Shown: positions 29,701 to 43,109, numbered from the stretch's first letter. The stretch: 64,000 nucleotides of DNA from Octopus vulgaris (GCA_951406725.2 OX597824.1:27094001-27158000), one strand, 5' to 3'. Translations and numbers: made by a program. The notes: generated from the letters alone by a model not told the origin.

Positions 29701-30371
29701 GTACTGCGAGGTATCACCGTATACAATTTCGGATGAATTAAGCTCGTACTGCGAGGTATCACCGTATACAATTTCGGATGAATTAAGCTCGTACTGCGAG
29801 GTATCACCGTATGTAATTTCGGATCAATTAAGCTCGTACTGCGAGGTATCACCGTATACAATTTCGGATGAATTAAGCTCGTACTGCGAGGTATCACCGT
29901 GTACAATTTCGGATGAATTAAGCTCGTACTGCGAGATATCACCGTATACAATTTCAGATGAATTAAGCTCGTACTGCGAGGTATCACCGTATACAATTTC
30001 GGATGAATTAAACACATAATGCGAGGTATCACCGTATGTAATTTCGGATGAATTAAGCTCGTACTGCGAGGTATCACCGTATACAATTTCGTTGGAATTA
30101 AGCTCGTACTGCGAGGTATCATCGTATACAATTTCAGATGAATTAAGCTCGTACTGCGAGGTATCACCGTATACAATTTCAGATGAATTAAGCTCGTACT
30201 GCGAGGTATCACCGTATACAATTTCAGATGAATTAAGCTCGCACTGCGAGGTATCACCGTATACAATTTCGGATGAATTAAGCTCGTACTGCGAGGTATC
30301 ACCGTATACAATTTCAGATGAATTAAGCTCGTACTGCGAGGTATCGCCGTATAGAATTTCGGAGGAATTAA
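29701..30371. repeat. Minisatellite, 15 x 45 bp
   Basis: Unit GTACTGCGAGGTATCACCGTATACAATTTCGGATGAATTAAGCTC at exact 45-bp phase (29701, 29746 ... 30331); no indels, no spacers. Confidence 0.97.
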
Positions 30372-30412
30372 CAAAATGCATGCATATATGGAGTACTTTG
30401 GGGTATATATAT

Positions 30413-30672
30413 GGAGGCGCGTGGCTTAGTGGTTAGGGTGTCAGCACCATGATCGTAAGATTGTGGTTTCGATTCCTGGACTGGGCGACGCGTTGTGCTC
30501 TGGAGCAAAACACTTCATTTCACGTTGCTCCAGTCCACTCAGCTGGCAAAAATGAGTAACGCTGCGATGGACTGGCGTCCCGTCCAGCTGGGGGACACAT
30601 ACACCATAGAAACCGGGAAACTGGGCCCATGAGCCTGGCTAGGCTTTAAAAGGGCGCATTTATTTTTTTTAT
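30413..30672 (+). mobile_element. Full-length SINE group C with 15-bp TSD
   Basis: TSD TTTGG(G/A)GTATATATA at 30397-30411 and 30673-30687, one mismatch. Confidence 0.9.
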
Positions 30673-30966
30673 TTTGGAGTATATATACTTTGGAGCATAT
30701 ATGCTTTTGTGCGAATGTATGTATGTATGTGGTGTGTATTTGTGAGTCTTTATGTGTGTGGATAGAGATAGAGTCAGTGTATGTTCGTTTTAATTTTTTG
30801 TATTTTTATTATTTTTTTAATGGTTTCTGTAAGAATTATCTCGACAGGGATGACGATTTCTAGATAGACAGGGATATCGTATCTTAGAAAGAAAGCACGA
30901 AAAATATCCCTGTGGATACATACAAAGAGAAAGAGGAAACAGAAGTTGAGAGAAGGGAGAGAGAGA

Positions 30967-31004
<38 letters not shown>

Positions 31005-31251
31005 AAAAAGGTGGAGAGAGAGAGTGAGAAAGCGGGAGAATTTAGAGTAGACATCGAAGACATGTTCACTTCACGAGCCACCGTCCGCCTCTCGTCGGCT
31101 CAACCCATCCAATAAATTGTGATACGAACCCCGCCTCGTTAACACATTTGTCCTCAAACTGAGACCAGTAAAAATTGTTGACACCCCAGTTATGTTGTAT
31201 TTATTACGCTTGTGACCTTTCTTAGCAGATTGCTACGGTGTTTATGTATAC

Positions 31252-31326
<75 letters not shown>

Positions 31327-31408
31327 CACATACAAACACAGACATGTGTGTATCAGTGTGTACATGTACATATATGTATACACATGTATATACGTTCATA
31401 TATGTACG

Positions 31409-31447
<39 letters not shown>

Positions 31448-31461
31448 CACACATATACATG

Positions 31462-31538
<77 letters not shown>

Positions 31539-31710
31539 TGTACGTATACACTCCCGCATATGCGCACATACGTTGATTTCTGCCGGACGAATGAAGAGAA
31601 GTGCTCAATACATGTACAGCGTAGAGAATATGGTTTTTATTGAGACTGAAATCTGGAGTTTCATGTCACTGCGATCTTCATGCGAGAACTATATATACTT
31701 TCTAGAGATA

Positions 31711-31761
<51 letters not shown>

Positions 31762-32223
31762 ATGCACATACATATTCAAAGACCTGCAAAGCGTAGTAGA
31801 ATAACGACGAGAAGGGGGAAACTTTATTTTGAAACATTATAAAATCTTATTGCTAACATTAGAGAGATTCATGCCCAGAGTGCATCTAATGTATTGAAGA
31901 CGTTGACCTAAATTTTACTAATTACCAATTCGAAGAATTTAGCATAGTTTTCAACTATGTGGTCCTTCTAAAATATTGGTCTAGTTTTTATTTAATCAAT
32001 AATTGTGATATATTTACCCAGATCCTATTTACTTTTTCCAGTGTTTGACCAGCTTTCAATTATTTAGACGTTGTTCTAGTTTTGATTTACGGTCTGTATG
32101 TCGTTGGTCCAGTTTCTCAGATATTTCTTGTTGGCATGCGAAATAAATGAATTTGATATCTTACGCACACAAACAAAAACCCCACATCCACACACGTGTG
32201 CGTCTGTATGAATGTCAGTATAT

Positions 32224-32279
<56 letters not shown>

Positions 32280-32476
32280 TTCACTGAATCGTATACTGAT
32301 AATTAACTATCATTAGGCTTACATGATTTTTCATACGCTCGTCCAATGCAGTGTTTGATATAACTGGATAAATATATAACTATACTCTTGAGTATGAATT
32401 GAATACTTTTTCTCTTCTTTATTAAAAACAATGTATATATGTATTGTTAAAGGCGTTAAAGGCATTCATTATATTC

Positions 32477-32528
<52 letters not shown>

Positions 32529-32537
32529 GTATATATA

Positions 32538-32730
32538 CTTTATTTAAAAGCAGCAGAAATTCAGCAAAATCTGTTACTCGGAGTTTCACGTTCCCGTTCG
32601 TCGGACAGTCCATCGCAGAGTAACAGGTTTTGTTGAATTTCTGCTGCTTTTAAATAAAGCATATTACTCTACCCCTGGTATTTGAGTACTCCTTTTTCGA
32701 CCTTGTTTCACATTTATGTGTTTACTCCGG
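32538..32730. mobile_element. Penelope-like terminal fragment with 5' inversion, 42-bp inverted repeat and hammerhead motif (32571-32608, minus)
   Basis: Arms 32538-32579 and 32618-32659 (2 differences); minus strand CUGU-CCGACGA-ACG(GGAA)CGU-GAAA-CUCCGAG-UA-ACAG; embedded in (TA)n; related copy at 59827-59945. Confidence 0.7.
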
Positions 32731-32762
32731 TATATGTATATATATATATGTATTTATGTATG

Positions 32763-32805
<43 letters not shown>

Positions 32806-32828
32806 TCATGTATTTGTTTATATACATG

Positions 32829-32874
<46 letters not shown>

Positions 32875-33449
32875 GTATTTATAGGAATGTATGTACACAC
32901 ACAGGTATACAGAGTACCATAAAAACTATATTGCGCTTGGCCATGTCATTTAACTTCGTAGACGTGACGTAGGTTCTTGTGTGTTCATTGTAATACAATT
33001 TCAGTCGAAAGGGGCAGTTTAAGAGCCATACAAATGGCGATGGCTATAAATATAATTTTATCCCTCTTCTCATCTCCTCCTTCTCTCTCTTTATCTCTCT
33101 CCCTCTTTCACTCTCTTATCTCTCTCTCTCTCTCCCACTCTCTGTCTCCGTCTCTCTCTCTCTCTCTCTCCGTTTATATCATCTCTTCTCGTCTTTAGTG
33201 AAACATTCTTTCCAGATAATGATATCCCGTTCTTGCTCCAACAATTATTTTCCCTTAAACACTGCCGCCATTTTAACATTCTTCGTTACACACACACACA
33301 CACACTCTCTCTCTCTCTTTCACACACACACACATATACATATACATATGTGTATGTATATTTGTATATGTATATAAATATCTATTTACACATGTATGTG
33401 TGTATGTATGTATGTATGTATGTGTCTATCTGTCTATCTGTATTCTTAT

Positions 33450-33615
33450 ATTCTTTCACTGGTGCTTCACCTTTAGTCGAACGAATCGGCCCCTGACCCT
33501 ATTCTTCGTAAGCCTAGTACTTCTTCTATCGGTTACTTTTGTCGCCGAACTGCTAAGTTACGGGGACATAAACACACCAACATCGGTCGTCAAGCGATGG
33601 TAGTAGGACAAACAT
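33450..33615 (-). mobile_element. SINE group A, 3' half
   Basis: Reverse complement of the A 3' region; a more decayed piece follows at about 33790-33950. Confidence 0.8.
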
Positions 33616-33621
33616 AAGCAT

Positions 33622-33661
<40 letters not shown>

Positions 33662-33672
33662 TTATATATATC

Positions 33673-33786
33673 AATCTTGAGGAATTAGGCTTCTCAAAAC
33701 TAGAAAGAAGAAGGCTAATTCGAAGACTACAGATCCAATCCATCACTGGAACTGTAAAAATCTGTAAGCCTTTCCAGAAGTTTCAG
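33673..33786 (+). mobile_element. C-terminal fragment of a REL-endonuclease (R4/Dong-like) non-LTR retrotransposon
   Basis: Reads NLEELGFSKLERRRLIRRLQIQSITGTVKICKPFQKF, fitting the LxxLG...LQ....GT..I.K.F ending of such ORFs (recognition, not a search). Confidence 0.55.
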
Positions 33787-34004
33787 CTATATTGAACGGG
33801 TTTAGCCGAATAATTTGGCCCAATACGTATTTTCTTAAAGTCTAAGACATATTTTATCGGTTACTTCTACCGATCCATGAGGTTACGAGTGATATAACCA
33901 AACCAAAACCGTTGTCAGTGGTGGTGCTGAACGGAACAAAACATAGATATACATGTTATTGTTGCTGCTGGTTTATTATTATTATTATAATTATTATTAT
34001 TATT

Positions 34005-34037
<33 letters not shown>

Positions 34038-34039
<2 letters not shown>

Positions 34040-34162
34040 GGAGGCGAGCTGGCAGAATCGTTACCAAGCCGGGTAAAATACTTAGCGGTATTTCGTCCTT
34101 CTTTACGTTCTGAGTTTAGATTCCGCCGAAGTCGACTTTACCTTTCATCCTTTCGGGGTCAA
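34038..34162 (+). mobile_element. SINE group B, 5' part between (GTT)n and (ATT)n
   Basis: GGCGAGCTGGCAGAATCGTTA...CTTTCATCCTTTCGGGGTCAA. Confidence 0.8.
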
Positions 34163-34217
<55 letters not shown>

Positions 34218-34289
34218 GAGTGAGAGAGCAGTGCATGTCATCAAAGTGACACTGGGGTATATTATTATTATCATCATCATCAGTAGTAA

Positions 34290-34331
<42 letters not shown>

Positions 34332-34866
34332 CAACAGCAGCAGTCATTTTTCCTTTTGCTGAATCTTAAGGGTTTGTGATGGTACTATGTAATCGATAGG
34401 CTGCAGATGAAGGTAACACCTTCCCCGATACTTCACCATCATTCCATAACTTGAACACCATCACATCACCTCCTCAGCTTTCTCAAACCCCCAACCACCA
34501 CTTCGACGACCACCACCACCATTATCCCCAGCACCACTATCACCTCACTACCAACACCTCTTCCAATCACCCTCATCATCATCACCACCACAACCACCAC
34601 CACAGCCAACCACTGTCTTCAACAAATCTCCATCGCCGAATTAAAATTCAAAAAACTATCGCCGTCATTATCAAGAACAGAACTTAGCCCAACACCACCG
34701 TTGCCACCAATACCATCACATCCGCCTCCGCCACCGCCACCACCACCGCCACCGCCACCGCCACCACGACCACTGCAATCACATACACGACTACCACCAT
34801 CACCATCACCTCATTTCTCTCTCTCTCCTCTCAGTCTCCTCTCTTTTCTCCCTCATACTTCCTCCA

Positions 34867-34903
<37 letters not shown>

Positions 34904-35294
34904 CTTTGTTCCTGTCTGTCTGTCTCTATCTCTCTTCTCCTCTCTCTCTCTGTCTCAGTCTGTCTGTCTTTCTCTTGCTGTCTCTATCAAAAAGGAGAAG
35001 AGCTGACTTGTCAAATGTTATCTCGACATATAGCTTCTGTTAACTCTCGGTTGACAAAAGATAAAATATTGATGTCACCACTTCTACCGCCACCACCACC
35101 ACCTCCACCACCACCACTAACAGCACCACCACAACTACCGCTAACAGCAGCACCACCTATCAGTATCATCACTACCACCACCACCACCATCAAATACACA
35201 ATCCAATCTTTCTTTCCCTTGTACACTGGTAGGATGTGATTTATAAGAAATTTGACTGCTATTTCTAACAGGCAGAAAGACACCCCCTTTTTTC

Positions 35295-35372
35295 TTACCT
35301 AGGGTCCTTCGATTTCTAGTTTACTCTACTGGACTCTTAGGGGGTCATATGAATCCCGGTTGAGAAACACTG
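35295..35372. mobile_element. Possible one end of a hAT/Charlie-type MITE
   Basis: Ends GGTTGAGAAACACTG (reverse complement of CAGTGTTTCTCAACC, a Charlie-like TIR) followed by CTTTAAAG; partner end not found. Confidence 0.4.
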
Positions 35373-35681
35373 CTTTAAAGGTACACGTATCAGCTATTTG
35401 GCACGATAATTTCACGAGATCATTTACTTGATCGAGCAATTGTTCAAACTGTGGTGTTCAAATCGACCGGAGAGTCAATGACGTGTGTGTGTGTGTGTGT
35501 GTTTATGAGTGTGTGTGTATGTGTGTGTGTGTGTGTGTGTGAACATCCTTTTTGCGTGAATGTGTTCACACACTATCTATACGTATTTATATGTTAGTAT
35601 ATACATATATATTTTTTCTGAACCACAAATGTACACACATATGCACGTACACACTCACACTCACAAATTTATATATACACA

Positions 35682-35775
<94 letters not shown>

Positions 35776-35854
35776 AGTACACATACACACACACACACAC
35801 ATATATATATATACGTACATATATGTGTGTGAATGTGTGTGAGCATGATATGTG

Positions 35855-35907
<53 letters not shown>

Positions 35908-36022
35908 TTGTGTGTGTGTGCATGCGTGTGCGTGTGAGTCTGTCTCTGTGTGTGCGTATGTGTGTGCATTGATATGGATATATATCTATGTACGTAGGTA
36001 TGTATGAATGTATGAATGTATG

Positions 36023-36053
<31 letters not shown>

Positions 36054-36292
36054 GGCCGCATATATGTGTGTGGGTGCGTGCGCGTGCGCATGTGTATATA
36101 TATATATGTATATACCAAAAAATTCTAAGAAGTTGGGTGGCAGATAAATAGAGGATTGTTATAGAAGTCACTACTACAAGACAATATAGAGGTGGAGTGA
36201 ATAGTGGTGGTGGTGGGGATGCTGGTGCTGGTGGTCAATTGATGGACTGTAGTTTGCTGAACAGGTGGTTTTGTTAATGAAGGTATGAGGGA

Positions 36293-36340
<48 letters not shown>

Positions 36341-36687
36341 GAAAGAAAGACAACGAAGAGGAGGGGGAAGGGCGGAGGTTGAAGGAAAAAGCGAGGACTT
36401 GATGGAATGATAGGAGGTGGAACCTGAAAGATAAACAGTAGTAATTAAGTTTTAATAGGATTCGAGGAAAATGTAAGGAAGAAGCTGCGGCCGAGTAGTG
36501 TGCGGAAGGAGGTAGCTATAGGTCGATGTATGAGTGTGTGTATACATACATACATACATACACACACATATACACACGCATATATGTTTTTGTATACACA
36601 TGCATACACACATATATATATACATATATATATATATACACATACATAAATATATACATACATACATACATACATATATATATACAT

Positions 36688-36807
36688 ATCACGTGATCAC
36701 GTGACCGACCAGACCATCAGATGTTGCTACACATCGCTGGTCACAATGCGTTCGCATTGTTTTAGCTTTCGAATGACGCCACCCCGCTGGCTAAGCGAGC
36801 AGGCCAA
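36688..36807 (-). mobile_element. SINE group D tail D1, 5'-truncated
   Basis: Nearly identical to 16480-16599. Confidence 0.85.
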
Positions 36808-36809
36808 TA

Positions 36810-36845
<36 letters not shown>

Positions 36846-37581
36846 TGTATGTATGCATACATGCATGCATGTATGTATGTATGTATGTATGTATGTATGT
36901 ATGTATGTATGTATGTATGCATGCATGCATGAATACAGATCAACATCTTCATCATCATCGCTATCATAATATCCCCTTGACTATTGTGACAATTTGCTGG
37001 GGTGCCATTCCAGACATTCTAGCAATCAGCCATCGCCATTTCTCTCTATTTTCCTCCATAAACCTTAAGGGCCACAGTGCTGAGTACTGTCTAGTCACTG
37101 AGTTTCTCAGATAAGGTTTTCCTTTCCTTTCCTTACCGCCATTTCGCCATTTTTTTATCAGGATATATCTTTATACTCGTTTCGGATCGGTAAGACGTGG
37201 CTCTTACTTGTCTTCATATTCGTGGATTTTCCTCTCTGAAAGAGCTGCTTGACTTTTGGTTCGTGTACCAAGTTTCGCAGTGTCGCTGTGAGAATGAGTG
37301 CCGTATGGGGAAGTCCTTGATTTTGCTGCTCTCATCTTACAGCCAAACAAAAAAGCCATTTACAAGGTTTCACAGCAGACCCAGAAGTTCTACCGCAATA
37401 AACCGTCGCCCAGGGCGGACTGCCCTTCATCTCCACTAGTAACTGTGCTTCTACTCCAAACATACGGATTCTATGTATTGTGCCAGACATGAATGCCTAG
37501 CCTTCTTGCTTATATACAAAGATTGAAGTGACTAGGTGCTTGTAAAGCCTGAAATGGACGAAAAACTAATAAAACAATACA

Positions 37582-37974
37582 TCTTTATATATAAAACTGT
37601 AGTTGTGTGAGTGTCTGTCCCCTTCGATTTAGATTCCTAAATACTCCCACATTTTGAGATGCAGTTTAACCAAAACAGGGTATCTTATAGTCGTGATTCA
37701 TATCAAGCCCTTCTGGGTATTAGCGCGCGTCTACGATGAGTCTACGATTTAAAAAATAATTTAACATCATTTTTTTCCATTTTAACGCATATTTTTTAAA
37801 TAAAGGGAAGTAACTCTCTAAAAATGTCTACGATGAGTCAACGATTTAAAAAAAATTTACCATAATTTTTTTCCATTTTTAATGCATTTTTGCTATTTTT
37901 TGGCTATAACTCTCTAAAAATGCTTTATAGTTATTTCCCTTACAAACCCGAGCAACGCCGGGCGATACTGCTAG
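37582..37974 (+). mobile_element. Non-autonomous Helitron, 393 bp
   Basis: A|TC start, subterminal hairpin CCCG-AGCAACGC-CGGG (37947-37962), CTAG|T end, no TSD; second copy at 56659-56954. Confidence 0.9.
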
Positions 37975-38181
37975 TAGGTTATAAGAACAGACAAGCACAC
38001 ATACGCGAATGGAGATTGAAACACAGGACAATATATACGCACACACTTTACTCTACACAAGGACACATATGGAGATGCATGGGTCTACACATATAGAGAT
38101 GCACATCCATACATACAAACATGGTACATAGTTGCAAAATACATACAAGTAGACAGAGGCGCATACATATACAAACACACG

Positions 38182-38217
<36 letters not shown>

Positions 38218-39119
38218 TAGAAAATACACAAACACGGACATGCAAGCACATGAGTATGTAAAATACATACATACAGATGCACAGACATATATACATGTGC
38301 ATACATACACATATATACATACATACACATGCATACATACATACATACATACATACATACATACACGCATACATACGTACATGCATGCATGCATGCATAG
38401 GCACACACACACACACATACTGACCCCACACACATGCGCACAAACAAACAAAAAGGAACGCAGTGTAAATAACGGACAGAGTCAATATTACTGAAAAGGT
38501 TGCAAGACGCAACGAAAATTTTAGGTAAATAAAAATAAGAAATAAGTGGATATTTTACCGGCGAGTGTGTTAAATTATAAGGTACAAAAAGAAAATGACC
38601 CTCCACAGACACAACAGAATATGCTTCAACACTCGAACTCATATAAAGAATCTTGCAAACCAAATCGCAAACACGAAATAATAAAACAACATTTTTATAT
38701 GAACTGACGGGTTCATCATAACAGTTGAAATAAGTCCAACACTTCGTTTACTGAACTACAGATCCAAGGCATTCAAAGTTGTTCACGTGAAGTTATTGAT
38801 CATCCAGTATTATGGTCTTTGCTATTAGTCGGAATATAATTGACTAACCGAAATGATTTCTCTTTCGTACGCTCATTATGTTCTCTTACCTGGCTGATGG
38901 TATACACCTGGATTTCTGATTTGTTGTCTAAGATTTGGTTGTTATTGTCAGCGAAATGCAAATTGCAAAAAGACAAAACAGATCCTTTAGTTTCTCTGCT
39001 ATTCTACCGATTCTTAGTGATCACAATTCTTTGGATGAGCACACTGCCACTTCGACTTAGTCTTCGGGCATGAGTGTTTTTATTGATGGAATGGTGCCAA
39101 GATGCTGGTATGTCTTATC

Positions 39120-39350
39120 TTACCATTTTACTTGTGTCAACCATTGGACTGCGGCCATGCCGGGAGCACCAGAATGAAATGATTTTTTTAATCGAACAAA
39201 TTGATCCAAGTATTTGTTTGCTTGTTTTTTTTTGTTTTTTTTTTTGTTCATTCTAGGTACTTATTACATCGGTCTGCTTTGCCGAAGCGTTAAATTTTAA
39301 CGGGGACGTAAACAAACCAACACCGGTTGTCAAGCGTTGGGTGCAAAACA
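39120..39350 (-). mobile_element. SINE group A, decayed 3' half
   Basis: GACTGCGGCCATGC..GAGCACC and CGGGGACGTAAACA..CGGTTGTCAAGCG match A. Confidence 0.7.
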
Positions 39351-39410
39351 CAATGACTTACAGACACTTTCAAATACATACGCACACGCACAAACATTCA
39401 TACACGCACA

Positions 39411-39452
<42 letters not shown>

Positions 39453-39789
39453 TCTATACGTGATGGTGATTATCCCATCGTTCGTTCGAGTATGAAGTGT
39501 GTGTGTCAGTCGTGTGTTGTATCTCTGCTTTTAGGGAAGGTGGGATTTCAACTCTGGTTTAGTTTGGCTGCTATTTCTTATGGATCTTTATCTTTGAGTG
39601 TGTGTGTGTGTGTATGTATGTGTTTGTATTTGCATGTATGTATCTGTGTCTGTGTGTGTATTCGAGTCACTACGTATGCGTTTTAAGAATATGAACAACA
39701 ATTCTTACACCAACACAAACACAATACATATATTCATACAATGAGACTCATAACACACACATTAACACACAGATAATATGTATGAATAG

Positions 39790-39873
<84 letters not shown>

Positions 39874-39950
39874 TACACATACAACACAGATATATTAGTA
39901 TGTATGCACACACATATATGCATAAATATGTGTGTGTTTTACATACAGCA

Positions 39951-39985
<35 letters not shown>

Positions 39986-40126
39986 CACAACGCTATACAT
40001 ATATACGTACATTAACCTGAAGACACGGAACCAAAATGAAGAAGAAAGTTATTAAAAATCCCCAAATATAACAAAAATATGCACTCACACACACACACAC
40101 ACATACATACACACACACACACATGG

Positions 40127-40180
<54 letters not shown>

Positions 40181-41464
40181 ATGCATGTACGTATATAAGT
40201 ATTTATATGTGTGTATGTATGTTTACACGCAAACTAAACCTTTACAGGAAGTAAATAGAAAACCGTAACAACTCCTCTCCTCCCCAGCCACCACCCCGAC
40301 CAAACAACTCCTCCCCCTTCTCCCCCACTTCATCTTTCCTCCTCGGCCGCTACGAAAATAATAAAATAAACAAAAATAAAATAAAATAAAATAAATAAGA
40401 ATAAAGAATTATTAAAGATAAAGTAAAAAAAAATAAATAAAATTCTAGCAACAAAAACAAAACAGAAAAAAACAAAAACAGCATTTGGAATGTTTAATCA
40501 AAATTTCCTGTTAACACAATGTAATTGAGAAAATATCTCCGTTAATGGAGGCGGTGGTAGCGGCGGCGGTGGGGGCGGCGGTTGTGGCGGCGGCGGTTGT
40601 GGCGGCGGTGGCGGTTGTGGCCGTGGCGGTTGTGGCGGCGGCGATTATGGCGGCGGCGAAGGTTGTGTTAACGGTGATTCTGTTGTTTTAACTCTTATTT
40701 GTGGCGGTAGTGGTGCTACTGATTGTTGTGGCGGCGACGGTGCTGGAGGTACTATGTGTTTGTGATAGTAATGGTTGTGGTGGTGGTGGTGGTGGTGTGG
40801 TCGTTTTTAACTCTTATTGATGTAGTTGGCGGCGGCGTCGGTGGTGGTGATTGTGGTTGTGGGAGGCCAAGTTGTGATGCCGCTGGTGGTGGTGGTGGTG
40901 GTGGAGGATGCCGTTATAGTTACTCTTGTTAATGCTAAAGGTGGAGGTAGTGTTGGTGTTTGTGGTGGCGTTGGCGGTTTAGGTAGTGGTTGTGGGTGGT
41001 GATGTTGGAGTTGGACTCGATAGTGGCTTTAGTAGTGAAGGCGGCAGCATTGGTGAGGATAGCGCCATTGTTGTTGGTGGTGGTGTTGGCGTCGTTGTGA
41101 TGGTGTTGACGTCGTTGTTGGTGGTGTTAGTGAAAATGGAGATGTTATTTTAGTTGATATTGATGGGGCCGGTGGAGGTGCTGCCGACAGCAGGGGGGTG
41201 ACCAGAAAGCAAGGGCGATCGCTTGTGTTGTTGTTGGGGACGGCGATGTTATTCTTTTAACTCTTGTTGTTGCTGTTGAAGTTCTTATTGGTGTCATTAA
41301 TGCTGGTAACGAAGATAGCGTCGGTGATACAGTGATGGTGATGGTATTGGTACTTTAGCTGTTGACGGTGCTGCTGTTGGCGACATTAAAGGTCTTCATG
41401 ATGGTAATGGCAGTTTTGGTGGTGAGGCTTACGATGCTGGAGTTAGTGAAACAGGAATCTACTA

Positions 41465-41537
<73 letters not shown>

Positions 41538-42074
41538 ATATACGTTGCTCCTTTCCCTTATTATTGTTAGTAATATTGTTTAGTCTCCTCTTTTTCCAAG
41601 GAAGGCGATGGTGATGATGATGAAGATGATGATGACGACGACGGGGACGACGACGACAATCATGATGATTATTATAATGATGGTGATGATGATAATGATC
41701 ATGATGATGACAATGATGATGATGGCTATAATAATGATGATGATGACGATAATGATAATGATGATGATGATGATCATTTATATATCAGCTACTAGTATCG
41801 GCATCACTAATGGTATCATCTCCATTAAGAAGAAAACATACCCTCCCCACTACTACCACCACACCACCACCACTACCAACACCACCACTGCCATCAACCC
41901 TACCACTTATAGAGGAGGGCGAGGATATAGAGGGAAGAAACCTGCCGTAAATCAAATTTTATAAGAAAAACTTAGAGTGACGGAATTACTGGCGTGCTTA
42001 ATTGACTCTGTTACAAGAATACAGCTATAACTTGGTCGCAAGGACCTTGCATTGTAATGATAGAGTAATCTAGG

Positions 42075-42559
42075 GTATAGAAGCCATCTCATCATGGCTA
42101 ACCACATTGGGGAGGAGGTGTTACTGTAGCTTTATAGCCCCAAGAGATCTTCGTCTCTAGCTGGCTTTAGACACAATATCAGTGTCCTTGGAATATTTGC
42201 AAAAGGAGGCCATCCCTTCCTCGCAAGCCTGAGTGATACGCTCGAACTAGTTTCGGGATTGTTGTACCTCGTCAACGGGCGGTAACCACCAGGTCGCGAT
42301 GAAAGTGAAGGCCTCTTTGCAAACATATATAAGTTTTTCTAATGGCGTCTGCCACTGATGTCGAAAAACGAACAGCAGGCATAATTAAATCTCAGAATGA
42401 GATTGAAACAGTAATCGCTCGATAATGTAAAGTATAGAAGCCATCTTATCATGGCTAACCACATTGGGGAGGGGGTGTTACTGTAGCTTTATAGCCCCAA
42501 GAGATCTTCGTCTCTAGCTGGCTTTAGACACAATATCAGTGTCCTTGGAGTATTTGCAA
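42075..42559 (-). mobile_element. Partial tandem (128-bp direct repeats, 357-bp period) containing a hammerhead-like motif; retrozyme-like or Penelope pLTR-like
   Basis: 42075-42202 and 42432-42559 differ at 3 positions; minus 42239-42281 reads CGCCCG-UUGACGA-GGUA(CAACAA)UCCC-GAAA-CUAG-UU-CGAGCG. Confidence 0.65.
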
Positions 42560-42729
42560 GTAGGGGTTTTCTATCAATTCCTCCGTACTGCCCAGAATGG
42601 CTGCTCCTTCTCTTCAGAGGCTATTCGTTCTGTACGCCCTCACACTTTATATCTGTGTTTGTTTTGTCACCTTCGTCCTTCGGCCTAGCAGTAAATAAAA
42701 GAAATCAAACATCATCATCGTCGTCGTCG

Positions 42730-42779
<50 letters not shown>

Positions 42780-42782
42780 GTC

Positions 42783-42842
<60 letters not shown>

Positions 42843-43059
42843 TTCATCATCTTCATCATCATCATCATTTTTGGTTCTTCTTGTTCTTAATCCTTATTCG
42901 TGTATGATATTTTAACTAGACAAAGCTATACATAGTGAAGTTTACTTCTAAGCATACGTGTCGTATCCTTTATTGAAAGGATACAACATGAAAGAATATA
43001 TCAAAATTGCTTTACTGCAAGTTATCACTTGGTTAACACACACATACACACATACTCAT

Positions 43060-43109
<50 letters not shown>

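Noticed and set aside
29701-30371. CRISPR-like array
   Set aside because: Units are contiguous with no unique spacers, there are no cas genes, and the context is eukaryotic.
36960-37560. Complex sequence possibly coding or an RTE-like 3' end
   Set aside because: Only a vague NREKWRWLI similarity on the minus strand, short ORFs and no recognisable domain.
40545-41450. GC-rich Gly/Val-like stretch as exon or CpG island
   Set aside because: Degenerate (GGC/GGT/GTT)n with frequent stops; no coherent ORF.
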